Origin: Dicyema japonicum
Taxonomy: Eukaryota > Animalia > Dicyemida
Direction of reading: 5' to 3'
Length of the DNA: 64,000 bases
NCBI GenBank assembly: GCA_011109175.1
Contig: RDEW01000097.1
Coordinates: forward strand, 31,377-95,376
Shown: positions 35,674 to 49,839 of the stretch, in pieces
Position numbering within the stretch: the first letter of the stretch is position 1
Layout: every line of letters starts with the position of its first letter
Made by a program: the position numbers and the translations under genes
The notes under the pieces: model-generated
Databases searched by the model: none
The model's input: only the letters and a program-made list of their open reading frames with translations
Told to the model about the DNA's origin: nothing

Positions 35674-36888
35674 CACATGGGCAACTAGAAGCCTATGGGC
35701 AACCTGTTTTTTACGTGTTTCCATGGTAACCAGAGATAATAATAATATGACTTTTTTTAATTATTATAAAACAACATTTAACTAATTCATTAATTCTAAA
35801 TAAATAATTAATACAAACTGTAGTTATTAAATGGCTTACCTGTTTTCTTTTAATATTAACAGCATGTTTTTAGTGATTTTTTACTTCAATTTAGATTTTA
35901 TCTTGAATATGAAAAATTAAACATATCTTATGTGGAATCGATCCTGAAGATATAAGTACTCAAATGAGACGGAGAGTACGAGAAAGGCCTCATTCGATAG
36001 AAACGATGAGCTTAATTCTGATTTATTTTAGACTTTTCTTGATAGGAAAGACAAAAAGTTGAAATCTGGTTGGAGTGGGACAAACTACACTAGATGGTTA
36101 AAGGTGCCGAAGGTGGGAGTCGTTAAGCTCCTGTGCGGCATAGGTACTCTGGCTACCTATGCCAAGGGAAGATTTATCAAACACGGAGAATGCAGTTGTC
36201 TAGGATTCAGGAATGAGGACGACGCTTTAGCTTTCGAAGATGAGGTCAATATTAAGGTATTTTTTGGGCGTGGGGCACATAACATGGGTCATTCATAAGG
36301 CTTCGGATTCAATAGTGCTAGTTTTCTGAGCCCCCCTTGACTAGGTAGATGATAATGTAGTCGAACACATCAAGAACGATTCCATAAGCGGGGAAAAAAT
36401 GAAGGTTGGCTTCGCTGAGGAGCAGATGCAGAGAGGATCTGAATTACGGGGGTCCAAATTCGAGGAAGGCCTGCCAATCAAAAGTCAGGTCTCTCAAGTG
36501 CGTGAACTGTGGCGAGGAAGGACACAGTGCGAGCCATTCAAGATGCACCCTGTATCAAAATGCTACGGAGAAGCTACTACAGGGAAGAAGGCAAGCGCCT
36601 TCCTCTGGAATTACTAGTGATGTAAGCGCTATCTATCGTATGGTAAAAGATATCCAAACGCGCTTAGGGATATTGTGTTGTGCTACAGAATAGAAAATGC
36701 GCCGAAAGTATTTTTTCAAATTTATGTATAGGTTGACTTTTCTGATGGAAGATCGGTCTTAATGTAAAGACTTAAAAAATAATTGTTTTATATTAAATAA
36801 ACTCGTGGCTAAATCTAGCAATTGATATCTTGTTACCATGAAAACACGTAAAAAACAGGTTGCTCAGAGGCATCAAGCCACCCATGTG
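35674..36888. mobile_element. Non-autonomous TIR element (~65 bp TIRs starting CACATGGG) containing a LINE gag fragment
   Basis: 35674-35738 is the reverse complement of ~36825-36888 (gcaacctgttttttacgtgttt.catggtaac). The interior 36050-36693 encodes KVPKVGVVKLL...LKCVNCGEEGHSASHSRC. Confidence 0.75.
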
Positions 36889-37004
36889 ACATATAATTAA
36901 TTGATATGCCAATCTGAAAAGGATAAAAACGTCTAGAATTAGGTGCATTATCTCCAATTGAATAATTGTTCATTAATATTTGTTAAACAATCAGTTTGAT
37001 GACT

Positions 37005-37135
37005 ATATGGCATCCGCCATGACTGCGTAAATATTCTCTTTCAGGACTGCAAGTGTGATTCGCTCAAATAGCCAGTAACGCTCATGGAGATCTCCTGTGA
37101 ATGTCGAAATCCAATTCCTAGTTAATCCAGTAATT
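37005..37135 (-). mobile_element. CRE-clade 3' stub, second subfamily (also 56895-57005 and 60100-60175, both -)
   Basis: Reverse complements encode variants of ER.WLFERI.LA.L (for example ERCWLFERISLAILKGN at 60100-60175). Confidence 0.65.
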
Positions 37136-38464
37136 AGAGTGTTGAAGACGAAATAGAACCGTACGTTTTATTGCGAAGGGAAAGAATATATAACATCGTC
37201 TGATAAGCCAGCGTATTTTGTTCATTTTAATATCTGAGGTATTTGATCCACTTTGATTTAAGTTATTTGTTTACGAGAAAAATGTTCATCCGCTTATTCT
37301 TTATTTCATTGTTTCAACTTTTCTTGGTGAGTAATGACCATTTCAACGATAGTTATGCCCGATAACTAAAACACATATGAGATGCGTTAAAAAAACCTTG
37401 AATATATATAAAAGTTCCCCTTATTATACTTAAGGTTTGAGGGTGAGATGTAGTGTACCCTCAATTACGAAAAACTGCATAGTAGTTTATAGTTGGAACC
37501 TTTTCTCATAGAATGAAGAAAATCAGATGAGTTCTGAAATTATTCATTACTTATGTCATATGAGACTAGGAGTTATTATTTTCACTAACTCAGATTTAAA
37601 AAAATACTTGAACGAGTTTACTCAAATTAATATACGAATATCTTCCTTTGTTGGCATACAAGTTTATTTTCGTCCTTAAACTCAACATCTACACATCTCT
37701 ATTCTCTTACTCACTAATTCGATGATGGTTTGAATAACTTTTAACGTTTCTAACATACTAAATTGTATCAATTCACCTGACCAAAGCATTTGACTGAACG
37801 TCAAGAAGGGTTTTTAGTAACAAATTTTATTTTGTGTGAGGATCTTTTTTACTCTGATTGTTTCTTAATGTAAAGTTGAATTGTCCATTTTTGAGGTTCG
37901 TGGTCTATGAATCCATCGACTATAATTAGAAATTGAGGAATATTAAAAGTCCAACGACTAATGAGTTTTAGCACCATACAAGCGAAGTTTTTTATGATAT
38001 ATAAGTGGATAATTTTTCATCGTGGCTTCTAAGTCAGCTCGGTTCCTGAAGGATAATGGAATAGGAGACGGGTAAGACGTTTGAGTAAATCTTTCTGAAA
38101 ATTCAGAAAACACATATATCATAATACTAATTAAGAATAATGTCTTTCCATTATTTGTTCTTGTATTTATGGATAAGATAGTCAATTTATTAATTTTAAC
38201 ATCCAATGATGTGAGAGCTAACCTAAAAGAACCAATGCTGTAAATATACGGGTAATATATTTCTCTTAGAAAATTAGTTACCTTATCTTTCCTACCACAG
38301 TCAGTCCTCAACTAATTCAAATAATTATTAGATCAATCAGACACAAGGACAGCAGATAGGGGAAACGTTAACACTATCAAAATACCTTTATAAATTTCAC
38401 CATAAAGATGAAATAAGCCAAAAATATTAAATTTAACTGAGTTGACAGCAATAATTATTTACTA

Positions 38465-39340
38465 TTTCATAAAACAGTCAGACATCCCCCACTTGACACA
38501 AATTCTTCAATAATCCTCTAATTTTCCCCACAATCCCTATCGATATAACAACAATAATGTAAGTATATCCACCACTTTTCAAACAACAGTGATCCATTGT
38601 TTCTAAAAACACTCTAATTTTTACAATACAGTGTATCAGACACGCCAACAGTCTACTCCACTTCTCTACATCCCCCATGTTCTTTCGGTAGCTAATATAA
38701 ACTGGCAGATCTTCCACAGTCTCAGAGAGGTCCCACCTGCTACTTCCAAAGTTCCTTTACTTTTCAACCAGAAGCGTTTAAAGTCTTTAGGTATGACCAG
38801 TTCACGACGATGATTCACGTGTTCTGAGGCGATTGAATATAGCTGATATGCTCCAGCCAATTGAAATGGTGCTTGAGAAAATCCCTGGTGAAGGTATTAA
38901 GGGACTTGCAGGCTTTCTCGTCAAAAAAAGTTGGCAAAATTCACGCCAGTGAGATAAGGGCCTTGACCTTTTGAACAAGCTCTTGTAAGACAATGTGGAT
39001 TTTGTTGTGAGAGATTTGTCTTCTGAAACACAGTAGAGATCAAAATAGGCGAGACGTTGATTCTTGCCAAGTCACGTGCTTTGCTGCATCCGACAATTTT
39101 GAACAGCCTCATGGAAAGAGTTGTCGTGGAGAGAATGTGGGACCCGTATGTTGGTAAACACAGATTGAACTTTGGGAGAACTCCATGAGATGACTTTGAG
39201 TTTAAAAAATGAGGTACCGCATTATGTTGTGGTGATCCGACTCTGTGAGGTTGGTGGAGAATTTAATAAGAAATTCTCCGCACTGGTATTATTATTTGTC
39301 TTACTTGTTTGGCCGAGACTTTCCAGAAGTTAACCCTTTT
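38465..39340 (-). mobile_element. Degraded LINE ORF2 3' half
   Basis: Degenerate GVPQ.S motif near 39180 and C-terminal C..C...ETMDH.C. The 3' end is shared with 34900-35150. Confidence 0.45.
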
Positions 39341-41149
39341 TTGAAAGGGAGAGAGAGATAAATCCTGAATGCTCGGTCCCAGTTTTGTTTTATATGGGCA
39401 ATGCAAAAAAGTCTCACTAGAGAACGTTTTTATTTTATATTTATTAACTCAAGACCACGGTAAAACAAAACTAATTATCACGTGATCCCGATGCATTCTA
39501 ACAGAGACCTCATTTTTGCCCGGTGTTCTTCATTCGTGCCCGCGCATGAATGAAGAGGACGGCTGCCTGTCTCACTAGATAACGTTTTGTAAGCATTATC
39601 CAGATTTTAAATTTTTAGTGATTATTTTATTAAAATAAACGTATTTAATTTTATAATTGAATTTTTCTAGAAGACTGAGAAGACACTTTCGCACGTTTGT
39701 TCGGACAATGGAACCTTGGATGGCACAGTTGATTTCGTTGACTAGGATCACTAATTATTTGACATTATTTCTGTTTTTGAGGTTATTTGATACGTATGTT
39801 TTGGTGGTGACGTGCTAAACTGAAATCTTATTTCAACATTCTTATTATTATTATTAAAAATCAAAATTTCTTATCATTTTAGTATGGAGACCAGTCCACG
39901 TGGTTCCTAACGATAAATTGATGACCATAAATTTTTTCATACTAGTCAGCTATTTTTCATTCAGCACATGTCGAAACATATATGAAATATTCGTTGGATT
40001 TCCTCACCCCGTGTTAGCTCAACCACAATACTTTCTAAGTTTTTTCAAGATGTAAATTCTCGTAATTTTTTTAATGAAGAGCATGCCAATTTTATTTCTT
40101 TAAAAAATTGAACCAAATCGATAATTTTATTTTAATGTTATTGAAAATGTTAAACTTGTTTTAAAATAAGTGATAATTTGGCCACGTGGTTATGCGATGT
40201 CAAGTTACTAATAAATTGAAAATTTGTCTTTTCTTTTTTCTAGTGGGATCTTAATGTCTACTAAATTCAGAAGACGTTGGAAATCAAAAGGATCTTTTTC
40301 TTCACCTTCACCTCGACTGCAACTCCCAGGAAATGTCAATTGGATCAGTTTGCCTAGATGAAGGGTGAACTGGAACCTGTTTAGGATCACGGGATAGTTA
40401 GTTAGGTTTTTACCGTTGGTTTGGAATAATTTCATATTAATATATATAGTAAGTCCTTGCAAATAGAATAATATATAAGAACTTCAACACTGAGGAAAAA
40501 ACCACCCTTCAGAGGAAAGCCTAGAACCAGAGCACATTATTGAGATTCGAACTAAGGACATCACTTATGAGTGTTTTAATTTAGAACTTTTGGATTGTAA
40601 AAGGTCATTGTAGTATAGGAAATATGACAGCATACAAAGAAACATTCCAGGCATATAACAAATGTTAGTTATAGATTCATATTAACGTCATGGTTCCCTG
40701 TCTTTTTTGTAAATAAACAAGATATCCACCATCAACAAAGTAATTTGTCTTAATTCCAAGTCTATGACCCTTGAAGCATTTCTACTTTAATGACAACGAA
40801 AATTCACAATCTACTAAATAGTGCCCTCTATGATATCCTTATCAAATACCTCAAAAACCACTAAAGAGATTCCGAGTAAATCGCTGTAAGCGGTTAAAGA
40901 TGCCGTTTGACCTTCCAGTCGTCTGTCTGGAATCACTTAATTAGATTGGACATTCTATCTCATGATCCTTTAGTCGTGTGCAATAATAATAATTTTTTGT
41001 AAAATCAAATAAAACATTCAGTAATCATTTAAGAAAACTTAAGAATAGCAAACACTAGACTACATACACATAAAAACAAATAGACCACAAAACACATTAA
41101 ATTATTATTATTTTGCAAAACACATCTACTAAAAGTTATCTTTTTGTCG

Positions 41150-41620
41150 CTTCTGAAACAACGTGGATAATTTTCCATGTTAGATTCCTCCACGCTTTTT
41201 TTGAGAAGGAATTTTTCGGAGGACTTCTAGACGTACATTTTCAAGTTTCTTATTTACAGTCTCAAGATCTTCGTGAATTACAATAGGGGAAGAGTAGCGT
41301 GGACGTCCGCGGTATCCACAACTGCTCTGGAAGTAAGCAACATACGAAAAAACAATAATAGTTATATTTTCAAAAGTGCGACATTGGAAGCTATCGAACT
41401 AACTAAGCGATCCACCTTCAGCAACATTTATAAAACTTTCTTGTTTATTTTCCTTGCCAATTCAATCCGAGCATTCTCCTCAGCTGCCTTTAATTATAGG
41501 AGTCTATCCCTTGTTCCTCAGCCTTGGACATTTCCCGCGTTTGTGAATTATATAATAGGACTGGTTTAACTAGGACATTGTACACCCTTAGCCGGAACCT
41601 CACATCTCTCATAAAAATTA
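41150..41620 (-). mobile_element. RTE-clade LINE relic
   Basis: RLRVYNVLVKPVLLYNSQT...EEQGIDSY..RQLRRMLGLNW, the typical RTE post-RT region. Confidence 0.7.
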
Positions 41621-42369
41621 AATGATCTAAGATTCCATCGGATTAAAGTATATTTATAAAATTTATTTTTTCAATAAAATTTTATATTTTTTTTAAAATA
41701 AACCACATATTACTATGTTTGTCAAGAGGGTCGTTTCCGTGGATGTCTAGGATAACAATTACGGTGTCAATCAAAGACCTGTGTCTTGGAATAAATCATA
41801 TAATTCAGTCCCTTGTTCATTGGAATATTCACTGCACAACCATCGCAATTTCGTTTAATTTTATTAATTATTCGTATTGAAATACAATCAACTCTCGCAG
41901 CCATTTTATGGAAATTTTGTAAGCGTTCAGTTTTGTTATCTTAATTGGCGATATGCTTAGCATTTCGTATAACAGAGAGATAGGTGCATCTTTCTAGTAT
42001 TGAAGTAAACATCTGAGGCATAGGTTCTGTTTTACCGATGATTTCAGCTACTGTAAATGAATTACATCAGGCAGTGTTTATGTTGATATTTCTAATATTG
42101 AGAGAGAAACGGATTGAACTGTAGAACGGTTGCAACATCTGTGATCGCTATCAAGGATATCAAAATAGACTTTCATATTACCCACAGCTACCCATGAGCA
42201 CTTCCTCTCGTAGTTGCTAAGGAAATCGACTGTGAAGAGAAGTTTTCGGCCGACCGACCTTTTTTTGCCCAGAACATAGATGTGCGAAGCGGATTTCTGA
42301 CTTTTGCGGAGAAATTCGTCTCCTCACCGATGAAAGTTTAACAACAATAAAACTATTTACTGATAATAG

Positions 42370-42770
42370 ACAATATTTGTTAGTATTCATATCCGACTCA
42401 ATATTTGAAAATGATAAAAGTAAATCATCTCTTTTGACAACATCAAGTCTATTCTTAGCTTTTTGTAAGTAATACTACTTTACTGAAGCCATATTCCACC
42501 AAATAGGTTGGTGGAAAAGCAATAAAATTGAGCTCTCATTTGCAGATTAGGATATTTGTTTGGCAAATCGGTATATATTCGAAAATTTATTTGATGGTTA
42601 TCGAAAGCTTGAATTGTCAGATGGTCAGATTGCATATCTATCATGTCTTCTTGTATCTTGATCTCAACTGTGGAAGGTTTTACATTGAAAGAATCAATAA
42701 TCCTTTTTATATTTATGTGCACTATCCAAATGATTTTTGAGTTTGTTTAGCCTCATGATTTCATTCGTTA
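42370..42770 (-). mobile_element. hAT (SCAND3/Buster-like) transposase C-terminal relic
   Basis: IQEDMIDMQSD...KYPNL...IAFPPTYLVEYGFSKV...KNRLDVVKRDDL. A candidate far end (tttgaaatccctg) lies at 45979-45992. Confidence 0.65.
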
Positions 42771-42789
42771 ATGTACGATGGCATAGATA

Positions 42790-45475
42790 GATAATTTTAT
42801 TAACATAACAAACTCGCTACTAATTAAAAAACTAATTAAAATGTGAGAAGCCAATGAGTTTGTTTTAGTTGATGGGGTCTGGTATAACGAGACGTCATAT
42901 GTCTCCTCTTCGAATTATTGACCCCTTGCACCAAGCAAGAATTATTTTTTTTCAAGTGGTGCATTCGTTAATGTACGACCCCACACATAGTCGTGGCAGA
43001 GCATGGATCCACATCGAGTGGCTAAATGATCAATCGACATGCTCCTTGACTTACAGTGGGGACATGTATTTGTTGATCGACCCCAAAAAATATTGCGGTC
43101 TTGCATATACGTGTACAGCGCCTCCGATCGAGGTGAGTTGTCACCGTATTTCAGCCATATTGTCAACGACTTAAGGTCGACATGTTGGTTATCCAATGCT
43201 CTGAAGAGGACCTTATGAAGGGTTTTTAGGTTAATCTTTTCTATCAAATTATTATATTGTAATTCGATCAACGCCTTCACATTTACTAGCCCACCATCAT
43301 CAACACCATACTAAGCAGACAAAAAAGGTCTGATAGTGCCTAGGTGGGTTGCCCGTGTTTTCTCGGTCGTTATTATGGCGTGCTTCCTAGCAGACACAGT
43401 TGACCCAGCTATCAGGGTGTCGTGCATTCGCATTATGATGCGCTTAATTAGTTGGACTACTCCACACAGTTCACGGCTGAATTTATCACGGGGTAAATAT
43501 AGTCTCTTTTTATTGGCTACCAGCACATGGGCATGGTTCTTACTGAGTACTCCACGGATCATAACATCCATCTCATCATACTCTTTGGGCTCAAACTCCA
43601 CAACACCTATGTAGTAGTTTAGCAGCGAGACAGCATACTCATTTAATGCTAGGAACAAATTCCTTGCATTTAGAGACGTCTTACACAATAACGCTGCTCT
43701 TTTACGGATGCCTTCAGTAATTTGTCGCTTTGTCTCAGGCATTATAAGGGACTTTGGAGATTCGGTAACACCCAGATACTTATATCCTTCGTGTTCCTCT
43801 AGGACTCTTACTAACTCGCTACATACTTGCGTGTTAGTCGCAGACTTTGAATAATTCAAATCTAGCCCTATACTCTCAAAGAATTCCCTGGCACAGACCC
43901 CCATGGAGTAGAGTTCGAGCATACATCTTCAGTCATCGATAAAAAGAAGGTGATTTGTACTGAAACAGACCCCTTCACAATGAACTGGTATTTGCTCAAA
44001 CCGGTCATTGAGGCGGCGACTCAATGGCTCCAAACAGAGAACAAAGAGTAGCGGAGACATGCTATCCCCTGAAGGATCCCCCTCTTGAGTTTTACCTCGC
44101 CTATCCGGTGCCTATTATAGTTCAGATGAATACTCCACCTATTCATCACAGCCACTACAAAGCTGATGAACCACACAGGCATACACAGACTGTGTAGGCA
44201 CTCGACAAGGTAAGAATGATCAACTGAATCGTAAGCCTTCTTCACATCCACCCACATAGACAAAAGTGAGTTTCCGTGAGACACAGAAAGGCATTTGTTG
44301 ATCAAAGCCTGCTCTTTTGCCCCCTGACAATTTCGCACAGTTCCCAACTGATTCTCGGAGAGAATCCCATTTGCGTCTACAAAGCTCCTGACCTCATTAG
44401 CCACCAATTTGGTCATCAGCTTATACAGGGTTGGCATGCAGGTTATCGGTCGATAATCTGCAGCAGACTGGGGGTTGTCCAGCTTTGGGATCAAATAAGT
44501 TGTCCCTGTGCATGCCCAATCAGGAATCGTTTCCGGGTTAGTGATGCTTTTCTGTAATACACGACACATAGACTCGTGTAATGAAGTGCATCTTTTGATA
44601 AAGAAATTATAAACTTTATCGACCCCGGTCGTCTTCCAATCAGGGAGATGTCTCACTACCGCCTCAAATTTCTTGCGAAAATCGAAAATTCCGCAAGATT
44701 CCGCCAAGAAAGGAGCGGCGCTGTACGGGACATTCCACGCATTTCCTCTGCGTGGTTTAGCCTCCCACATACTAGCCCGCGTCCTGCTGGGAACATACAC
44801 TATGGCCATTTTCGTGTAGGCGACGGTAAAACAATCTGCGATTAAACTCAAACAGATTATTTTCTCTCCTTCTCTTACACCGACTTTCATGTGTATAGAG
44901 TTTCCTCTTATACACCATTATTGCCCCCTCTAGTTCCACCTTTGCCCTCCTCAACTCTTTGAGGTCCCATTTGGGAACACGGAGTTTACTAATTAGCCCC
45001 TTTACTATAGGCGGTGCTTTTCCTCTAACCCCTCTCGCCACACTACTTATGTGTCCCTTCAGTGCTTCCAGCTCAGTCTGTCTCCAAGCAATCTTGGCAC
45101 AGATCTGCTCTTTCCATTTACTGGGTGGTCTGGGCTTGTCCGTCAATTCCTCATAGGTGATCTGTGCTGCATACAGCACTAAGGAGATGTCACCCAGTGA
45201 CCCTAATGGCTTGGCCTCCACCGCATAAGCCACAGCCTTATTGATGTAGGTTAACAATACACCGTTAACCTTACAATGAGGAATCTTGCGGGTAAATCTC
45301 CAGTCCTCAAGTAAGACATCTGCCGCTGCAGCGAGATTCCGCGCGAAGACCTCATAAACATGCTTGAGCTGCAACGTATTACAGCTTTGGTGCTCGTGCT
45401 CTCTTAGACAGTTGTGGTCACCTGGTCCCCGCCCCTTTAGACCAGTACCCTCTTTGCCTACAGCCATTTTCTTGA
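42790..45475 (-). mobile_element. R4/Dong-like non-LTR retrotransposon, largely continuous but frameshifted, RLE mostly deleted
   Basis: ORFs 44772-45467, 44021-44890, 43311-43922 and 42942-43280 give TYLIPK, YRPITCMPTLYKL, NQLG, VDVKKAYDSVDH, RGILQG, TNHLLFIDD, YKYLGV, RLYLPR and CPHC...DHLATRCG.ML.HDY. Confidence 0.92.
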
Positions 45476-48229
45476 GTTCTTTTAATTACGAATCGATTTT
45501 TTTATTTAAATAAAATGGAAAATGAGGTTTTAAAAAATAAAAACTTAATTTTATATAATAGATCAAGTATGTCAAACACCTGGTCCATGGATCGCAGAAA
45601 AAGATTGTTATACTAAATTCGTTGAACTAAATTCGATGATTATCCTCTCGTCAATAAATGAGACCACCAGAGAAAAGCAATGGATTTATGTCAATGGCAT
45701 CAAATTGACAGACTGTAGTAATGAGCGTTATATGTAGTCAGAAGAACAAACCATCGATCTTGTGATAAATACGATGTGTTAAAAAATGATTAAAATTATT
45801 ATATTTGGCATTTTGGAGTGCTATTGTAATATAGCCGTGTATTATTTTGCAAATTGTAAATACACTTCGATAAAATTACAGTTTTTCAGATTTGTTAGTG
45901 ATTTGTTAGTGAGTCTTAGTGAGTCTACAGTTTTTTCAGATACTCAAATCATCTTAGGCGGCCGCTAGAGCTTTAGGGTTTGAAATCCCTGTAGTTGATA
46001 ATAACGTCTCAAAATAGCTGATATCAGTTTACAGAATATATCGTATTTTCCTTAATGTTTATTATAAACATTACATTCTTTTCTCGTTATCTATTTTTGT
46101 CGATAAATGACATTTTTATGATCGTTTCAGTCTTTTGTTAGAATTTGTATGTCTTATAGATGAAGTTTATTCCTGTAGTATTAAAAATTGTGGCAAAAAA
46201 TAATGAAATGATTCATTTTATCCTTTAATAGAAATTTAAAATGAAAGCTACCAAAATCAATATTAAGGAATAACAAAACACATTGTGTATTCCAAGGATA
46301 CTTATAGCTATCTACATTTACTGTAAGTAGCACTCTTTTTTATGTTTAATTTTATTACAAGAGATTTAAATAATGTCAAATGGTCCATGCCGAGATAATA
46401 GATATTAGAGTGGCTTTTCACGATGAAATTATTCTAAGACCAAGGGTAAACCCAGACTAACTTATCCCGTGATCCTAAAGCGTTTTATCACAACCCTTAT
46501 GCAAACACAGTGATCAAGTAGACATTGCCGCTGAAGTGAGATCTGAGCCAGAACTCGTCACCAGGGAGCGGACTGAGTGTAGTCATTGTCCAAGCTTTTT
46601 TCATTTATTTCTCTAATTGTCTAAACCACGACGGCCCAATGGCTCCTCTTCTCTGTCAAGCCGACCGGTTCAGCATAGAGCAGGCTCTTCAAGATTTTTT
46701 TAATCGCTCGTCGTGGGAATCTTCTTGGTTTCTTAGAAATGAAAGGTCATGAAATCCATATCAGTTAACGATGGTGATTTAACTTTCAAGTACTTACTAT
46801 CTCTGATCTCTGCAGATTCTGTAAGAGTTGAAGGATTATCTTGATCAAGGGCTTACTTGAGTTCAATGAGAATGGATATACAGGGCGTGCTAATCTGTCA
46901 TGAGTGGACTCCCAGACCGACGAAGCGAACTGATAAGGTTGTTTGGTCCAATCCTTGGTCGTCAAATTCAACGTTCGTATAGAGTTCGTTAGTGGATCAG
47001 AAGAGGGAATCATTTGTTCTGAGCTGTTGCATTTTCAAAAAACAAAGTGCCCCAAGAAAGTAGTTTTAATTTTTGTTCTGACAAGTAAATTGTCACCAGA
47101 AAAGCGGATGCATGTATATCCAGCATCTCCAAAAGTGTAATGAACCCAATATTATAAAATTAAGGATTATTAAAAATATATTTTTTTCGGATTATATTTT
47201 TTCCTTAGATGGAAAAAATATAATCAAAAGGTCCTATTCATCTAAAATTAAAAATTGAATCATTAAATTTTTCATATTTCAACTTTTTAAGAATAATATG
47301 ATTACATTATTTTTAATTTTAATAAAAAAATCAGGCGTTTTGAATTTTGGACACGTTATTTTATATTCATCCGTTCACTATTGTTATGAAGGGGATTTCT
47401 TCCTGAGCTTTTAAAAATGACTTGAACTTTACCTAACTGAAATTCTACAACCTGGATTCTCTCAAATTTTTTCTGAAAGACGAACGTATCTTAGAAAATT
47501 AACTTTGAAGTCAACTACGGAAATCACGTCATTTGTGAGAATGGGAATGTTGGTTGACAAAAAGAATTCGTTTTAAATGATATAGGAAACATGTAATTAG
47601 ATGCTTCCGAAGCCAAAAACTTGAGGAAAGAGCGAATTTTTGCAAGAAAAAAAAAGAACGACAGCTTTTCCCAGTCGAAATTTTGAGGTCGGCAATGAAA
47701 GCGGGAGAGGCCTCCGTTTATATGAAAACTCAAATAAAAGAAATACAGCAGCCTCCTAAACCGTTTCCATGTACAGCCAGTAGTCGTCGAGACGAGCTGA
47801 GTCTTTGGCCCAAGACGGTCTCTTTCCTTAGAAACACTTGGGTGTCTATTGACCAAAGCCTCGAGGGAGCGTCGAGAAACCGAGTGGCTTTTCCAAAGGA
47901 TATCCCTGGCAGTAGTCAGAGGTAACAGCCACTCGATCATATCCGCTGGACTCAGTAATTAACTACTCATGTTTCCTAATAATAAATTTTTTAAAGCAAA
48001 AAAAAAGTTTGTCAATTGATATGTTACAGCGTTTTTTCTTTATCGAAGGCTGCTTTTAAAGAGGTTACACATAAATGACATGATACTTTGTTAGTAGGTT
48101 AAAGCAAAAGCGAATTAGAATGTTTAAGGGAAGTCTATTGGTGCAAATATTTAATACAAAAGGATACAAAAATACGACAGTAAAGTTAGTAGCTTTTCCT
48201 GACCCCTAGGAAGTATAATGGTATACTCT

Positions 48230-48760
48230 TTTACGATGGAAGACAGACACTGTGCAAGGCCAAATTAAGATCGCTAAGTGTTATACCTTTACGCAATCTG
48301 GATAAATGAGGGATGAGCCAAGGATTGGAATTCGTCCGGTTTGGATTCCACATCAACTCCACAGATGGCTTTTATGGGGTTCTATGAACAACGATTGTCC
48401 CTTTGGACCGAAAAACCATCGGTTCGAACGTTTAAAAACAAAACCGTCGGAGATTGTCATAGAGAACTTGACTTTCTGGATCGGGGAAAACGACCTTCCT
48501 ACAGAAGATGGCTCTTTTCACTACGAAGGTCACTGGAATGTACAGAGAGGGACGGACGATGCTAATGTAAAAGCGACAATCAGAAACAAATCAGAGTTAC
48601 GTCACTAGTTCGTTGTGAACTTCTCAATTGGAAGAAACGAGATCAGTTGCGAATGGATGAAGAGAGGGCCGCTGATCTGTTACATTTGGCAGCAAGTCGG
48701 GGATTTGTCATACGAGTGTAAAAAAGTAAGAAGTATTCAGAACGCGAGAGAAACGGCAGC
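48230..48760 (+). mobile_element. Possible LTR-retrotransposon gag relic
   Basis: Degenerate knuckle CYI(W)QQVG(D)LSYEC at ~48677-48720 in purine-rich, coding-like sequence. Confidence 0.3.
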
Positions 48761-48949
48761 GCATTCTTGTGACGGCTGTGTCTGGAGTTTAACAATGTTT
48801 AAATGGTATTGAGTTTCCAGAGGTCTTTTTCCAGAACGTTCCATTTAGGAAAAAGAGAGCAAGGTCAAGGCCGAATAGGGATTTAGTGTCTATCAGAAGG
48901 AAGAATTCGCGAGATGTTGACCAGATTGAGCATTGGTGCTATTTGAGAG

Positions 48950-49590
48950 GGCTGAAGCTCTCTGCTGAAAAATCTGCGCACTAAGAATAAGGCAATGTGA
49001 AAAAGCACCTGAACAAGAATAACACTGGGAGTAAACAATGCACACAGTCTGCGCTAGTGGGGGTCGACTATGGAAAGCAGGAGATTACATGGACGACATA
49101 AGGGAAGGAGAAAAGAGCCTTTCAAATCGCTTCCTATGTACACGGAAGTTTACACGTTAACCGCAACATCTACCTGTTCATCTTCAAGGGAGTTATTTTT
49201 CCTAGCCTACTTTATGGGTGCGAGGTGTGGTTCTTCTCTCCGAAAAGGGAGAAGATCTATCCCTCTTAGAGAGACTAAAAGAGGCTGTAATTATCTTTCC
49301 TTAAACAAGAAACTGAAAGACTGTCTAAGTTAGGACGAAAACAAGCTCTTAGAACCGATTAGCATGATTGTGGAGGATCGGATCAATGGTTTAAGGAGGA
49401 GATCAAAAATCCAGGAAACGTATATAAAGCTGGGAGAAATCGTCCTGAAAAAAATTAATAAGAAAAAAAGGAGGAAGGGTCCAGGTGTGGAGTCCAAGCC
49501 TTATGGTAGGACTCCGATGTAATTACCCTCCAGAAAACTCCTTAATTCTTTTGTTAATAAATCGTTGTTATTATTGTTATTCTTGGTTGT
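48950..49590 (+). mobile_element. RTE-like LINE 3' relic
   Basis: IFKGVIFPSLLYGCEVW motif and a (GTT/ATT)n-like tail. Confidence 0.55.
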
Positions 49591-49839
49591 TGTTCTAGTG
49601 TCCTATAAAATTGATCGCATAATTTTTTAGTTTAAAATTCTCGTGTGTTCAGTTTAAATATCTTCTCAGTATAGACTACAAGGATAAATCGATAATGTCG
49701 GCGGGGTCCACTTTGGATGGATGGCAGTTTTAAATATGCTTTACTGGGGATAAATTAAAGGATAAATTATCAAACAAACTTAAAATAAGACGACAGATTT
49801 TTTCAGTTATAAAGTTAGTGCTAAATTATATTTAGCTTT

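Noticed and set aside
37958-38311. ORF with KINKL...TNNGKTL resembling a parvoviral SF3 helicase Walker A
   Set aside because: The first Gly is missing and no Walker B or motif C is recognisable. A profile search would be needed.
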